Part shown: positions 1 through 12,888 of the stretch, one piece after another
How positions within the stretch are numbered: position 1 is the stretch's first letter
Layout of the letters: every line of letters starts with the position of its first letter
Assembly: GCA_038245905.1 (NCBI GenBank)
Contig: JBBRRY010000014.1
Location: forward strand, 20,614 to 84,613
Direction: 5' to 3'
Source: Thermoanaerobaculia bacterium
Lineage (GTDB): Bacteria; Acidobacteriota; Thermoanaerobaculia; UBA5066
DNA length: 64,000 bases
The notes under the pieces: model-generated
What the model was told of the DNA's origin: nothing
Databases searched by the model: none
What the model saw: the letters and a program-made list of their open reading frames with translations, nothing else
Translations under genes and position numbers: made by a program

Positions 1-58
1 GAAGCTGAAGAAGGAGATCGAGGGAGCGGTGGAGATGCTCCTGGGATCGGCGAATTAG
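1..58 (+). CDS. 3' end of a CDS entering from the left edge (...KLKKEIEGAVEMLLGSAN*)
   Basis: Open frame with typical codon usage from position 2 to TAG at 56-58; product not identifiable. Confidence 0.45.
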   Translation, partial: KLKKEIEGAVEMLLGSAN

Positions 59-104
59 CGAGCCAGAAGAGCGCCGAAGTCGTGCAGATCATGTGTAGGT
101 CTCC

Positions 105-668
105 TCAGGCGATCCGGCCCGCCCGCAGGGCGAGGGGCCAGGAGATCGCCTTCTCCGCGGCGGCGTCGCCCCACGCGGCGGCGAGGCGCGGCGCGAGTTC
201 GGAGATGGGGTCGCGGCCGGTCTCCTTCGCGCAACGCTTCACGGCGGACCACGTGGAGAGGTAACCGAGCGTCCGTTCGAGATCCCACGCGGCCGTCATC
301 GTCACGGGCGGAACGGGGATTTCTTCGAATGGAAAGAGAAGATCGGCATAGCGGCGGGCGACGATCGCGCGCTCGGGCGGCCAGTACGCTTCGACGGACG
401 CGTGGAAGGCGCGGAAGACCGCATCGACCGCCGGCGAATCCGGGATGTCGAAGAGGTCGTACGCCCAGACGGCAATCGCCGCGCCCTCGCCCCCGACTCT
501 CTTCACCTCGGCTGCCTGCCCGCTCCCGGTGCCCGCGTCCCAGCAGACGGTGTGCCGCGTGACGAGCGCCGCCACCGCGTCGAAGAGCTCCGGCGGATAC
601 GTCGGCCGGAAGCGTGTGTAGTCGCCCGCGTGGCCCGAGAAGTGGTCCTGGAAAGTGGTCCCGCTCAG
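105..668 (-). pseudogene. Class I SAM-dependent methyltransferase with an in-frame internal deletion; probable CTG start
   Basis: FQDHFS..A.DY..FRPTYP, motif I WDAGTGSGQAA joined directly to EVKRV..AIAVWAY; the usual ~50-60 aa in between (motif II and AQALHWFD) is absent; CTG at 668 overlaps the guaB TGA. Confidence 0.7.
317..509. repeat. Dispersed motif pair: forward GGATTTCTTCGAATGGAAAGAG (centre 326) plus truncated reverse half CTCTCTTCACCTC (497-509)
   Basis: Read directly; the reverse copy stops at the methyltransferase deletion junction. Confidence 0.55.
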
Positions 669-2137
669 ATTTCTTCGCGCCGGTAGTTGGGAGCTTCCTT
701 CGTGATGATGACGTCGTGCGCGTGGCTCTCCCTCAGGCCGGCCGCCGTGATGCGGACGAATTTCGCCTTCTTCACGAGGTCGGGCAGGCTCGCCGCGCCG
801 GCGAGGCCCATGCCCGAACGCACGCCTCCGGTGAGCTGCGCCAGGAGCGTCGAGACGGGGCCCTTGTGCGGCACCATGCCCTCGATGCCCTCGGGCACCA
901 TCTTGCGCGGCTCCTCCTCGTCCTGGAAGTAGCGGTCGGCCGAGCCCTGTTTCATCGCGCCGATCGAGCCCATGCCGCGGTACGCCTTGAACGTGCGGCC
1001 CTGGTAGAGGATTGTTTCGCCGGGCGCCTCGTCGGTGCCCGCGAAGAGGCTGCCGATCATCACGGAGTGCGCGCCCGCGGCGAGGGCCTTTGTGACGTCG
1101 CCCGAGAACTTGATGCCGCCATCCGCGACGAGCGAGACGTTCGACTTGCCGAGACCCTTCACGCATTCCCGGATCGCGTGAATCTGCGGCACGCCCGCAC
1201 CGGTGACGACGCGCGTCGTGCAGATGGAACCCGGTCCGATGCCGATCTTCACGGCGTCCGCGCCCCGCCGGACGAGATCCCGTGTGCCTTCCGCCGTCGC
1301 CACGTTTCCCGCGAGCACGGGTGTCGAGGGAAACTTCCTCTTCAGGGACGTCAGGGCGGAAAGCACGCCCTCGCTGTGGCCGTGCGAGGAGTCGAGGACG
1401 AGGATGTCGACCTTCGCGGCGACGAGCTCACGGGCGCGGTCGAGGAGGTCGCTGCTCGCGCCCACGGCCGCGGCAACGCGCAGGCGCCCGAAGGAGTCCT
1501 TGCAGGCGCTCGGGTACTTGATCTGCTTCTGGATGTCCTTGACGGTTATGAGGCCCTTGAGATTTCCCGCCCGATCCACGACGAGGAGCTTCTCGATGCG
1601 GTGACGATGGAGGAGCTCCTTGGCCTGCTCGAGTGTCGTGCCCGGCGGACAGGTCACGAGGTTTTCCTTCGTCATGCGCTCGGAGATGGGGAGGTCCATG
1701 CGCGTCTCGAAACGAAGATCGCGATTCGTCAGGATGCCGACGAGCTTGCCGCGGTCGTCCACGACGGGAACACCCGAGATCCGGAAGTTCGCCATCACTT
1801 CGAGAGCCTCCGAGATCTTCTGCGTCGGACGGCACGTGACGGGGTCGACGATCATCCCGCTCTCCGACCGCTTCACCTTGTCGACCTCGGCCGCCTGGGC
1901 CTCGATCGTCAGGTTCTTGTGAATGACGCCGAGGCCGCCGTTCTGCGCCATCGCGATCGCGAGGCGCGACTCCGTGACCGTGTCCATCGCGGCCGCGAGA
2001 ATGGGGATGTTCAGGCCGATCCCCGTCGTGAGCCGGGTTTTCAGGTCGGTGTCGGCGGGATGGACCTTCGAGCGAGCGGGCAGGAGAAGAACGTCGTCGA
2101 ACGTGAGGGCGAGCGGGATCTCCCGTTCATTCACCAT
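665..2137 (-). CDS. guaB: IMP dehydrogenase
   Basis: [10 protein letters not shown], tandem CBS domains, catalytic [17 protein letters not shown]. Confidence 0.98.
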   Translation of the reverse strand: MVNEREIPLALTFDDVLLLPARSKVHPADTDLKTRLTTGIGLNIPILAAAMDTVTESRLAIAMAQNGGLGVIHKNLTIEAQAAEVDKVKRSESGMIVDPVTCRPTQKISEALEVMANFRISGVPVVDDRGKLVGILTNRDLRFETRMDLPISERMTKENLVTCPPGTTLEQAKELLHRHRIEKLLVVDRAGNLKGLITVKDIQKQIKYPSACKDSFGRLRVAAAVGASSDLLDRARELVAAKVDILVLDSSHGHSEGVLSALTSLKRKFPSTPVLAGNVATAEGTRDLVRRGADAVKIGIGPGSICTTRVVTGAGVPQIHAIRECVKGLGKSNVSLVADGGIKFSGDVTKALAAGAHSVMIGSLFAGTDEAPGETILYQGRTFKAYRGMGSIGAMKQGSADRYFQDEEEPRKMVPEGIEGMVPHKGPVSTLLAQLTGGVRSGMGLAGAASLPDLVKKAKFVRITAAGLRESHAHDVIITKEAPNYRREEI

Positions 2138-2177
2138 GCGGATTCATACCACAGAGGGCCCGTTTGAGGGGACGGCG

Positions 2178-5015
<2,838 letters not shown>

Positions 5016-5060
5016 GAGAGGAGGGCGCGCACGGCGCGCACGCGGAGGGCAGAGTTTAGC

Positions 5061-5102
5061 AGGGAGAGGGAGAAGAGGATTTTCTTAGAAAGGTGAGGAG
5101 AG
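5061..5102 (+). repeat. Dispersed motif, single intergenic forward copy GAGGATTTTCTTAGAAAGGTGAGGAGAG
   Basis: Near-consensus copy with GA-rich 5' tail. Confidence 0.75.
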
Positions 5103-5118
5103 TCTGACCGCTACGCGG

Positions 5119-6000
5119 TCAGAAGGCGTTCAATACGTAGTCGAGCGGGTTCACCGGCTTGCCGTCGGCGTGCACCTCGTAGTGAAGGTGCGGCCCGGTG
5201 GAGCGACCCGTCGAGCCCACGAGCGCCACGAGGTCGCCGCGCCTCACGCGCTGACCTTCGGCGACGCGCGCCGTCTGGAGATGACCGAACAGGGTGGTGA
5301 CGCCGTAGCCATGGGCGATCTCGACGAAACGGCCGTACCCCTTGTCCCAGCCGACGCGCACGATCGTGCCCGACGCCGGGGCGACGACGCGGTTCCCGGC
5401 GGGCGTCGAGATGTCGATGCCGGTGTGAAACTCGAGGTGGTTCGTGAACGGATCGGGACGGCTTCCGAAGCCCGCCGTGAGGACGCCGGCGGCGGGAACG
5501 ATCGTGGGCGTCAGGGCGAGCTGGTCGGCCTGAAGGGAGAGCTTCTTTTCGACGAGCTTGAGACGCGAGGAGAGTAGCGCGCCGCGGCGCCCGGCTTCGC
5601 TCAGGCCCGAGTCGATGGAATCCGCGGGATTGACCGGCACGGCTGAAAGTCCGCCGACGCCGCCAAGCCCCGGGTCGCGCACCGCCGATAGTCCGGCCAC
5701 GATCGAGAGCCGTCGCGTCCGGTCCTCGAATTCGGCCAGCATCTTCTCGATCGATTCGAGACGGGTGTTCGTGAGCGACGCCCGCGACCGGAGGTCGGAG
5801 TTCTCCGCCAGGATGGCGGTGACCTCGCTGTTCTTTCGGATCGAGCGGACCCAGAGTGTCGAGAAGGTCACGCCGAGGAGAACCGAAAGTCCGAAGCAGA
5901 TACCCAGAGACCACAGCAGCCGTGAAGAGACACGGAACTGCCGAAAACGCGCCCTGGCGTGGGGCAGGAAGATGATGGTGTGGTCTCGTTTTTTCGGCAT
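5119..6000 (-). CDS. M23 family metalloendopeptidase (TM anchor, coiled coil)
   Basis: HTGIDI, HLQ, GSTGRSTGPHLHYEV, VNP motifs. Confidence 0.93.
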   Translation of the reverse strand: MPKKRDHTIIFLPHARARFRQFRVSSRLLWSLGICFGLSVLLGVTFSTLWVRSIRKNSEVTAILAENSDLRSRASLTNTRLESIEKMLAEFEDRTRRLSIVAGLSAVRDPGLGGVGGLSAVPVNPADSIDSGLSEAGRRGALLSSRLKLVEKKLSLQADQLALTPTIVPAAGVLTAGFGSRPDPFTNHLEFHTGIDISTPAGNRVVAPASGTIVRVGWDKGYGRFVEIAHGYGVTTLFGHLQTARVAEGQRVRRGDLVALVGSTGRSTGPHLHYEVHADGKPVNPLDYVLNAF

Positions 6001-6100
6001 CCGTCTGGCTCCGTGGGCGCTCCCTTCCCTCTACTCCACTCGGTGACCGAAAAACTGTTGCACGAACCTACACGGGAAAGGCCTTCGCTTGAGCGATGGA

Positions 6101-6129
6101 ATTCTTAGTCCGTGCGGTGGGGGTGTCAA
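6101..6129 (-). promoter_or_regulatory. Putative sigma70 promoter for M23-secA
   Basis: Minus strand TTGACA (6129-6124), 17 nt spacer, AAGAAT (6106-6101). Confidence 0.45.
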
Positions 6130-6171
6130 GAAGAAACGTTTTCGCCATCCAACCCATTGACAAGAGGGCAT

Positions 6172-7698
6172 CTAGGTCAGTAGGGCTGAGTCCGGGGCAG
6201 GCCGATAGCGAAGTGCCTCGGCGATATGGGCCGGCTGAATCACCGGGGCCTCCTCGAGGTCCGCGATCGTCCGGGCGACGCGCAGAACGCGCTGGAACCC
6301 CCGCGCCGACAGCGTGAGCCGGTCGACCGCGCGCGTGAGCAGCGCCCGGGCTTCGGGCGCCGTCTTGAGAATCGTGCGGGCGAGACGTCCCGTCAGGGCC
6401 GCGTTCACGAGGCGTGGATCTCCGCTCCGGGCCGCCTGGAGAGCGCGGGCCCCCTCGACCCGGGCGCGAACTGCGTGGGAGGCCTCGCCGTCTCCGTCCC
6501 CGCCGAGGTCCGACGAGGCGAGGGCCGGCACCTCGACGTGGAGGTCGATCCGGTCCAGGAGCGGCCCGGAAATCTTCCGGCGATACCGCGCGACGTCGCG
6601 GGGCGAGCACGAACAGGCGCGGCGCGGATCACCGCGGAAGCCGCACGGGCACGGGTTCATCGCGCCGACGAGTAGGAATCGGGCCGGAAACGTCCTCGCC
6701 CCGGCCACGCGCGCAACGGAGACCATTCCGTCTTCGAGCGGCTCGCGCAACGCCTCGAGGGCGTCCCTCCGGAACTCGGGCAGCTCGTCGAGGAAGAGGA
6801 CTCCGAAATGAGCGAGCGAGAGCTCCCCCGGGCGCGGGTCGGCGCCACCGCCCGCAAGCGCCGCCGCCGAAGCGCTGTGATGAGGCGCGCGGAACGGGCG
6901 CTCGGAGAGGAGTCCGCTGCCCGCGGGAAGGCGGCCCGCGACGCTCCAGATGCGCGTGACCTCGAGGCTCTCCTCGCGCGAGAGAGCCGGGAGGATTCCG
7001 GGCAGACGTCTCGCCAGCATCGTCTTGCCCGAGCCGGGAGGCCCGGAGAACAGGATGTTGTGGCTCCCGGCCGCCGCGAGCTCCAGCGCCCGCCGCGCGA
7101 TCGCCTGGCCCCGGACGTCCGCGAGGTCCGGCCCGGATCCGGCGGCCGGCCGGTGGACGGCCGAGGGCGCGACGCGCGGCAGGGGCTCGCGGCCGAGCAG
7201 GTGGGCGATCGCCGCCCCGAGGTGAGGCGCGGCGAACACGGGGAGGGAAGGCACGGCCGCCGCCTCTTCTGCGTTTCCCATCGGCACGAGCAGGGCCCGC
7301 TCCTCGCGGCGCGAGGCTTCGGCGAAGGACAGAACGCCGGGCACGGGGCGGAGCTCGCCGTCGAGAGCAAGCTCCCCGACGAGCGTCACGTGCCGGAGAG
7401 CCTCGGCAGGCAGGTCGCCGTTGGCCGCGAGAATCGCGAGGGCGACGGCGAGGTCCAGCGCCGTGCCGGATTTCGGGAGGTCGGCGGGCGCGAGATTCAC
7501 GACGACGGCTTTCGGCGGGATCGGAAAGCCGACGTGGCGGAGCGCCGAGCGGACGCGCTCGCGGCATTCCTTCACGGCGGCGTCCGGCAGGCCGACGATC
7601 GTGAGGGCAGGAAGGCCCGCCCCGATCGCCGCTTCCACGACGACCGTGCGGCCCTCGAGGCCGGCGACCGTCGCGGAGTACGCCCGGGCGACGGTCAT
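6172..7698 (-). CDS. comM: YifB/ComM family Mg-chelatase-like AAA+ ATPase
   Basis: IVGLPDAAVKE, VNLAPADLPK, GPPGSGKT, PFRAPHH, LFLDELPEF, NPCPCG, SGPLLDRID. Confidence 0.93.
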   Translation of the reverse strand: MTVARAYSATVAGLEGRTVVVEAAIGAGLPALTIVGLPDAAVKECRERVRSALRHVGFPIPPKAVVVNLAPADLPKSGTALDLAVALAILAANGDLPAEALRHVTLVGELALDGELRPVPGVLSFAEASRREERALLVPMGNAEEAAAVPSLPVFAAPHLGAAIAHLLGREPLPRVAPSAVHRPAAGSGPDLADVRGQAIARRALELAAAGSHNILFSGPPGSGKTMLARRLPGILPALSREESLEVTRIWSVAGRLPAGSGLLSERPFRAPHHSASAAALAGGGADPRPGELSLAHFGVLFLDELPEFRRDALEALREPLEDGMVSVARVAGARTFPARFLLVGAMNPCPCGFRGDPRRACSCSPRDVARYRRKISGPLLDRIDLHVEVPALASSDLGGDGDGEASHAVRARVEGARALQAARSGDPRLVNAALTGRLARTILKTAPEARALLTRAVDRLTLSARGFQRVLRVARTIADLEEAPVIQPAHIAEALRYRPAPDSALLT

Positions 7699-7706
7699 GT
7701 CCGACT

Positions 7707-9590
7707 TCAGTTCACGGTGACGAGCGAAAGCACGAGGATCTGCCCGGCCTGGAGAGAGTGCGGCGAACGGATGCGGCGGTTCTGGCGCCGGATCTCGTCG
7801 ACGCTCACGCCGTAACGCGAGGCGATTCCGTAGAGCGTGTCGCCGGGCTTGACCCTGTGGCGAACGACGTGTCGCTCCGGCGCCGCAGGGCCTCCGGACG
7901 GCGTGTCTGCGAATCCTTCCGCGGGAATCGCGATCGCGGAGGGCATGGGCAGGCGAACGAGAACGACCGGAGCGGCCGTGGGCGGAACGGACGTAAAGGG
8001 CCCAACCTCCGACGCCTGCCGGACGGCGGCCGCGGGCGTCGGGACGCCGCGAATCTCGCCTTTGGGCGAGGAGGAAGCAGCGACGAGGACGTCGTGGGAA
8101 GCGGTAGCGCGCTTCGTCGGGACGACGAGAACGGTGCCCTTCTTCGGGTGGGCCGTGCGCGGCAGGTCGTTCCAGTCGCAGAGTTCGGCGATCGAGACGC
8201 CTGCCCGGCGCGCGATTCTTCGAAGCGTCTCGCCTTTCTTGACGACGATGCGCCTTTCGGTGATCGCTGGCGCGGAGGGAAGCGACGCGATACGGGGGGC
8301 CAGGAGCGCCGCCGTCCCCGCGGGGACGCGCAGCTCGTACGAGGGCACGCCGTGCGGCGTGGACCGCGTGCGGAGCTCGCTGTTCAGGAGCTGGAGGTCG
8401 GGAAGCGCGTTACCCGTGAGCTCGGCCACGCGCGCGAGGTCGACCGGCTTCTTCACGGTCACGGTCTCCCAGGCGAGGGGTGGATCGGGCACGACGTCGA
8501 AGCCGAATCGGGTCGGATCCTTGGCGATGAGCGCCGTCGCGAGAACGAACGGTACGTAATCGCGAGTCTCGCGCCGGAGCGTGCTCCCGGCCGAAAGCTC
8601 CCAGAAGTCGCGCGCGCCCGTGCGCTGGAGGCTCCTGAGGATCTTGCCCTCGCCGGCGTCGTAGGCCGCCATCGCGAGATGCCAGTCCCCGAACATCTCG
8701 TAGAGGTCCCGGAAATAGGCGGCGGCGGCACGGGTCGACTTCACGGGATCGCTACGCTCGTCGAACGAGGCGTTCCGCCTCAGGCCGTAGCGCTTGCCGG
8801 TGCCCGGGATGAACTGCCAGAAGCCATGAGCGGCCGCGCGGGAGTGGGCCTGGTATTTGAACGCCGACTCGATCATCGCGACATAGACGAGGTCCTCGGG
8901 AACGCCTTCCTCCTTGAGGATGCCGCGCATGACGTTCATGTAGCGCCCGCTACGCTTGAGGGCGGCCGCGAACGCCATGGGAGTCCGGAACTGATAGAAG
9001 GCGACGGCCCGGAGGACGGCGTCGTTCACGACGATCGGAATGTCGAAACCGGCTCCCGCGGGAGCCGATGCGATTTCCGTCTTGGCCTTCTCGATCTCGT
9101 CGCGGGAGGGAAGGGGAGCCCTCGCGACGAGGCTGTCGCGCGGGTCCTCCGCCGGCGGTCGCTCGGCCTCGGCCACGCGGTTTCCGGCCTCGATCGCGGG
9201 GCGGTAAAGCGCGATCGAGTCATAGAGTTCGGCCGCGAAAGCGAGATCGGATGCGTTTCCGGAACGCGCCGATACCCGGAACGTATCGAGAGCGCTCTGG
9301 AAGGCCTCGCGGGCGCAGTCGCTCTGGCCGGCGAGAGCAAGGGCCTTCCCGCTGTAGAAGAGTTCCGTGGCCTGAATTCGGGCGGCCTGGGTCGCGTCCG
9401 GCTCCTCGAGGGCGGGTGGGTGAGCCAGCTGCGCCTTCCGCGGGTCCGTCGCGCAGCCCGAAAGGGCGGCGACGAGAGCCCCCAAGGCGATTTGTGAGGC
9501 CCGGCCGGAGAGCCGGGAAGGAGTGGTCATCGAGGACGAGTGGACTCGACCGGGAGCGCTTTGGTCAAGCGAAATCGATTCTGGGTTCAT
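7707..9590 (-). CDS. MltD-like lytic transglycosylase with two LysM domains (lipoprotein; start may be ATG 9530)
   Basis: LSGC lipobox, AMIES, GFWQFIPGTG, ETRDYVP, LysM repeats. Confidence 0.9.
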   Translation of the reverse strand: MNPESISLDQSAPGRVHSSSMTTPSRLSGRASQIALGALVAALSGCATDPRKAQLAHPPALEEPDATQAARIQATELFYSGKALALAGQSDCAREAFQSALDTFRVSARSGNASDLAFAAELYDSIALYRPAIEAGNRVAEAERPPAEDPRDSLVARAPLPSRDEIEKAKTEIASAPAGAGFDIPIVVNDAVLRAVAFYQFRTPMAFAAALKRSGRYMNVMRGILKEEGVPEDLVYVAMIESAFKYQAHSRAAAHGFWQFIPGTGKRYGLRRNASFDERSDPVKSTRAAAAYFRDLYEMFGDWHLAMAAYDAGEGKILRSLQRTGARDFWELSAGSTLRRETRDYVPFVLATALIAKDPTRFGFDVVPDPPLAWETVTVKKPVDLARVAELTGNALPDLQLLNSELRTRSTPHGVPSYELRVPAGTAALLAPRIASLPSAPAITERRIVVKKGETLRRIARRAGVSIAELCDWNDLPRTAHPKKGTVLVVPTKRATASHDVLVAASSSPKGEIRGVPTPAAAVRQASEVGPFTSVPPTAAPVVLVRLPMPSAIAIPAEGFADTPSGGPAAPERHVVRHRVKPGDTLYGIASRYGVSVDEIRRQNRRIRSPHSLQAGQILVLSLVTVN

Positions 9591-10963
9591 TCGGCTTTGA
9601 CGTGGAACTTCAGCGAGAGGAGGAGTTTGCTGATGTCTTTGAGGCCCGCGAAATCGACGTCGAATCGCTTTTCGGCACCGAGGGTCGCGCCCGCCCCGTC
9701 ACCGAAGGAGAGACCGATGGTGACATGGCGAGTTTTCGCGAGCGTTTCCTTGGAGACCCCGAGATCGAAGGACTGAGCGACGTCTTTCTTGTGGTTACGC
9801 GTCGAACCGAGGAGATCGTCCAGCGAGACGTCGGCGGCGCTCTTGCTCTTCTGGGGGCTGCTATGCGCCGGCCTTTGAGTGGCAACCTTCCGAAGCTTTT
9901 CGAGCTCCGAAAGGATGTCCACGTTCGATCGCACGCGGACGTGTTTCATCGAGGCGGACGAATCAATGGACGTTTCGTTTGCAGGGGGCTGGATCTCCGC
10001 GAAACTCACTTCGCCCGCCGCGTCGTCGCCGGGCTGGAAAGCGGCGTCAAAAGGGGCCGTGACAGGGGGCAGCTCGGCCGACGTCACGACGGAAAGCTCG
10101 GCCGAGGTGACCGCCGGAGCAAGACGCACTTCGGCCTGTCGCGATTCCTCCCGTGCCGTCTCCTGAAAGCGCCTCAGGCGCGAGATCGTCGAATCGGGAT
10201 CCCCGGCCTCCGGAGCCGTGGCGGTTGCCACCGCGGACCCCACGGCCGCCCCTTCGATGGCCATCGCGTCGATGGCCGCGCCGATCCCGGACGCCGCCGC
10301 GTGGGAGGACATCGGGGGCTGGGGCGCGGGAGTCGGCGCGGACGCGACGACGGTGGGGCGCCTCTGCTCGACGGCCATGCGGCCTTTCAGGGAGCGAAGG
10401 GTCAGTTTCGAGATCGCCTTCAGCGTCTCGAAGACGCCGGTGCCGTTCGTGGCCGACGACTCGTACCACTCGATGGAGCGGTCGGCGTTGAGGGAGTCGT
10501 TCATCTCGTCGATCGTGAGGATGTTCGGAAGGTCGCGCTTGTTGTATTGAAGGACGCGGGGCGTGGCGTCGAGAGAGATCCCGATCTCGGCGAGGTTTTC
10601 GCGGAGGTTGCGGAGGCTCTCGACGTTCGGGTCCTTCATGGGCCGCTGGGAATCGGCGACGAAAACGATGCCGTCCACGCCCTTGAGCACGAGCTTTCGT
10701 GTCGTGTTGTAGAAAACCTGTCCCGGAACGGTGTACAGCTGGAGGCGGGTCTTGAAGCCGCCGATGACGCCCACGTCGAGCGGAAGCAGGTCGAAAAAGA
10801 GCGTACGGTCCGTCTCGGTCTCGAGGCACACCATCTCACCGCGTGACGTGGGCGCCGTTCGCCCATAGATCACGTGGAGATTCGTCGTCTTTCCGCAGAG
10901 GCCCGGACCGTAGTACACGATCTTCGCGGCCATCTGCATCGTCGCGTAGTTGAAAAAAACCAT
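9587..10963 (-). CDS. MglA-family small GTPase with long C-terminal extension
   Basis: KIVYYGPGLCGKTTNL, TETDRTLFFD, LYTVPGQ, QYNKRD; start taken at MVFFNY (ATG 10963). Confidence 0.88.
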   Translation of the reverse strand: MVFFNYATMQMAAKIVYYGPGLCGKTTNLHVIYGRTAPTSRGEMVCLETETDRTLFFDLLPLDVGVIGGFKTRLQLYTVPGQVFYNTTRKLVLKGVDGIVFVADSQRPMKDPNVESLRNLRENLAEIGISLDATPRVLQYNKRDLPNILTIDEMNDSLNADRSIEWYESSATNGTGVFETLKAISKLTLRSLKGRMAVEQRRPTVVASAPTPAPQPPMSSHAAASGIGAAIDAMAIEGAAVGSAVATATAPEAGDPDSTISRLRRFQETAREESRQAEVRLAPAVTSAELSVVTSAELPPVTAPFDAAFQPGDDAAGEVSFAEIQPPANETSIDSSASMKHVRVRSNVDILSELEKLRKVATQRPAHSSPQKSKSAADVSLDDLLGSTRNHKKDVAQSFDLGVSKETLAKTRHVTIGLSFGDGAGATLGAEKRFDVDFAGLKDISKLLLSLKFHVKAE

Positions 10964-11089
10964 AAAAAAAGGCCCTGCCGACCTCCTGAGGGGCATGTGA
11001 TGTTACACCGGGGGTCAATCCCTTTGGTATCATGACGAATCCCGGTGCGGTCTCGGAGCCGGGCGGGGGCGGGAGGGCCTTGCGCCGCG

Positions 11090-12148
11090 ATGGCTAACGA
11101 TTTCAAGGGTTTGGACGGACGATCTCGCGAGGTCCTCGCGTCTGTGATCGTCGCATACATCGAGAGCGCCGTGCCCGTGTCGTCGCGTCAGCTGACGAAA
11201 GGCGGAAAGTTCGGTCTCTCCTCGGCTTCGCTGCGCAACGCGATGGCCGACCTCGAGGATCTCGGCTTCCTGACGCATCCGCACGTTTCGGCGGGCCGCG
11301 TGCCGACGGATCTCGGTTATCGCGCGTTCGTCCGCGAGCTGATGCCGACTCTCGAGCCGAGTGAGACCGACCGCGCCCGGATCGCCGAGGAGCTTTCCCC
11401 CGAGCCCTTCGAGACGGAGCGTTTCCTGAAGGCCACATCGCGCGTGCTGTCGCGCCTGACCGGGGAGGTAGCCGTCGTCGCGGTCCCCGCCTCCATGAGC
11501 TTCATTCTCGCGTCCGTGCACTTCACACGTGTGGCCGAACGCAAGATCCTCGTGTCCGAGGTCTCCGACACGGGCCTCGTGGAGAGCCGTCTGATCGAGA
11601 CACGCGATGACTTCCCGCAGCAGGAGCTCGACGGCATCTCGAACCGGCTCACGATCGACTTCGCGGGAAGGAGCCTCGGCGAGATCCGCGTCCTCCTGGT
11701 CGCGTCCCTCGGAGAGGAGAAGGTCCGCATGGACCACGCTCTCACGCGGGCCCTCGAGCTCGGGCGTCGGGCCTTTGCCGAATCGCGGCCGCCGGAAGAA
11801 GCTGTGTACCTGGAAGGCACCGAGTCGTTGCTCGAGAAGCCCGAGTTCCGGAACGACCTCGAGGCGCTTCGGCGGATGTTTCGCGCCTTCGAGGAGAAGG
11901 CCCGCCTCGTAAACCTCCTTACGGACTGCGTCAGCTCCGACGGTCTCGCGATCGTCATCGGATCGGAAAACCCCTTGACGGACGAGACCGGCAGCGCCGT
12001 CGTCTCCGCGCCCTATCGCCGGGGGGACCGCGTGCTCGGAGCTCTCGGCGTGATCGGGCCCCGGCGGATGGAATACGCGCGGGTCGTCCCGCTCGTAGAC
12101 GAGCTCTCGCGTTACGTCAGCCGACGGCTCACGGAAGGAGCCGCATGA
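11090..12148 (+). CDS. hrcA: Heat-inducible transcription repressor
   Basis: SSASLRNAMADLEDLGFLTHPHVSAGRVPTDLGYR, LGVIGPRRMEY; first gene before grpE-dnaK. Confidence 0.96.
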   Translation: MANDFKGLDGRSREVLASVIVAYIESAVPVSSRQLTKGGKFGLSSASLRNAMADLEDLGFLTHPHVSAGRVPTDLGYRAFVRELMPTLEPSETDRARIAEELSPEPFETERFLKATSRVLSRLTGEVAVVAVPASMSFILASVHFTRVAERKILVSEVSDTGLVESRLIETRDDFPQQELDGISNRLTIDFAGRSLGEIRVLLVASLGEEKVRMDHALTRALELGRRAFAESRPPEEAVYLEGTESLLEKPEFRNDLEALRRMFRAFEEKARLVNLLTDCVSSDGLAIVIGSENPLTDETGSAVVSAPYRRGDRVLGALGVIGPRRMEYARVVPLVDELSRYVSRRLTEGAA

Positions 12149-12873
12149 GCGGCCCGCGAAAGCCTCACCGGGAGGAGGAAGACATCATCTTCCTCGAGAC
12201 CGAGAGCCGCGACGACGTCGCGCGCGCGCTCGCGGAGGCCGAGCGTGCCATCGAGGCCGTCGAGGAAAAGCACCGTCGCGTCGAAGAGGCGCGGCCCGTC
12301 GCGATCGCCGAGCCGGATCCCGTGCCTGCGCCCGCTCCCCGAGACCCGCCCACGCCGGATCCGCGCATCGCGGTTCTCGAGGACGAGGTTGCCAAGGAGC
12401 GCGAACGCGCGATCCGTGCCGAAGAGGACGGGGGTCGCGTTCGCGAGGCGCTTCTGCGCAAGTCGGCGGACTTCGACAACCTGAAGCGCCGCACCGAAAA
12501 GGACAAGGCCGACTATTTCCGGTTTGCGCTGGCCGAAGCCTTTACGGACATCCTGAGCGTCGTCGACAATTTCGAGCGCGCTCTCCAGCACCGTGGCGGC
12601 GCGACCGGAGACGAGTTTCACGCGGGAATCGACATGATCGCCCGGCAGCTGGCCGACACGCTCAAGAAGTACGGTGTCGTCGAGGTGCCGGCGCGCGAGC
12701 TCCCGTTCGACCCGAACGTGCACGAGGCCGTCGTCCGCGAGGAGTCCGAGACGGCCGCTCCGGGGACGATTCTCGAGGTTCTCCAGAAGGGGTACCTGCT
12801 TCACGACCGCTTGCTCCGGCCCGCCCGTGTGAAAGTCGCGGCGAGCCCGGCGGTCCGGGACTCGAAGAGATGA
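12145..12873 (+). CDS. grpE: Nucleotide exchange factor GrpE
   Basis: ADFDNLKRR, VDNFERAL, FDPNVHEAV, KGYLLHDRLLRPARVKV. Confidence 0.97.
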   Translation: MSGPRKPHREEEDIIFLETESRDDVARALAEAERAIEAVEEKHRRVEEARPVAIAEPDPVPAPAPRDPPTPDPRIAVLEDEVAKERERAIRAEEDGGRVREALLRKSADFDNLKRRTEKDKADYFRFALAEAFTDILSVVDNFERALQHRGGATGDEFHAGIDMIARQLADTLKKYGVVEVPARELPFDPNVHEAVVREESETAAPGTILEVLQKGYLLHDRLLRPARVKVAASPAVRDSKR

Positions 12874-12888
12874 ACGAGGAGGCGCCAA

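Noticed and set aside
105-1166. 353-aa ORF as listed, plus extended versions of 20168-22207, 37827-39674 and 59251-60660
   Set aside because: The N-terminal extensions overlap upstream genes out of frame; the true starts are at the gene junctions
6124-6162. TGTCAA...TTGACA dyad upstream of the M23 gene
   Set aside because: Only 6-bp arms 27 bp apart; one arm is explained as a -35 box and the other has no convincing -10
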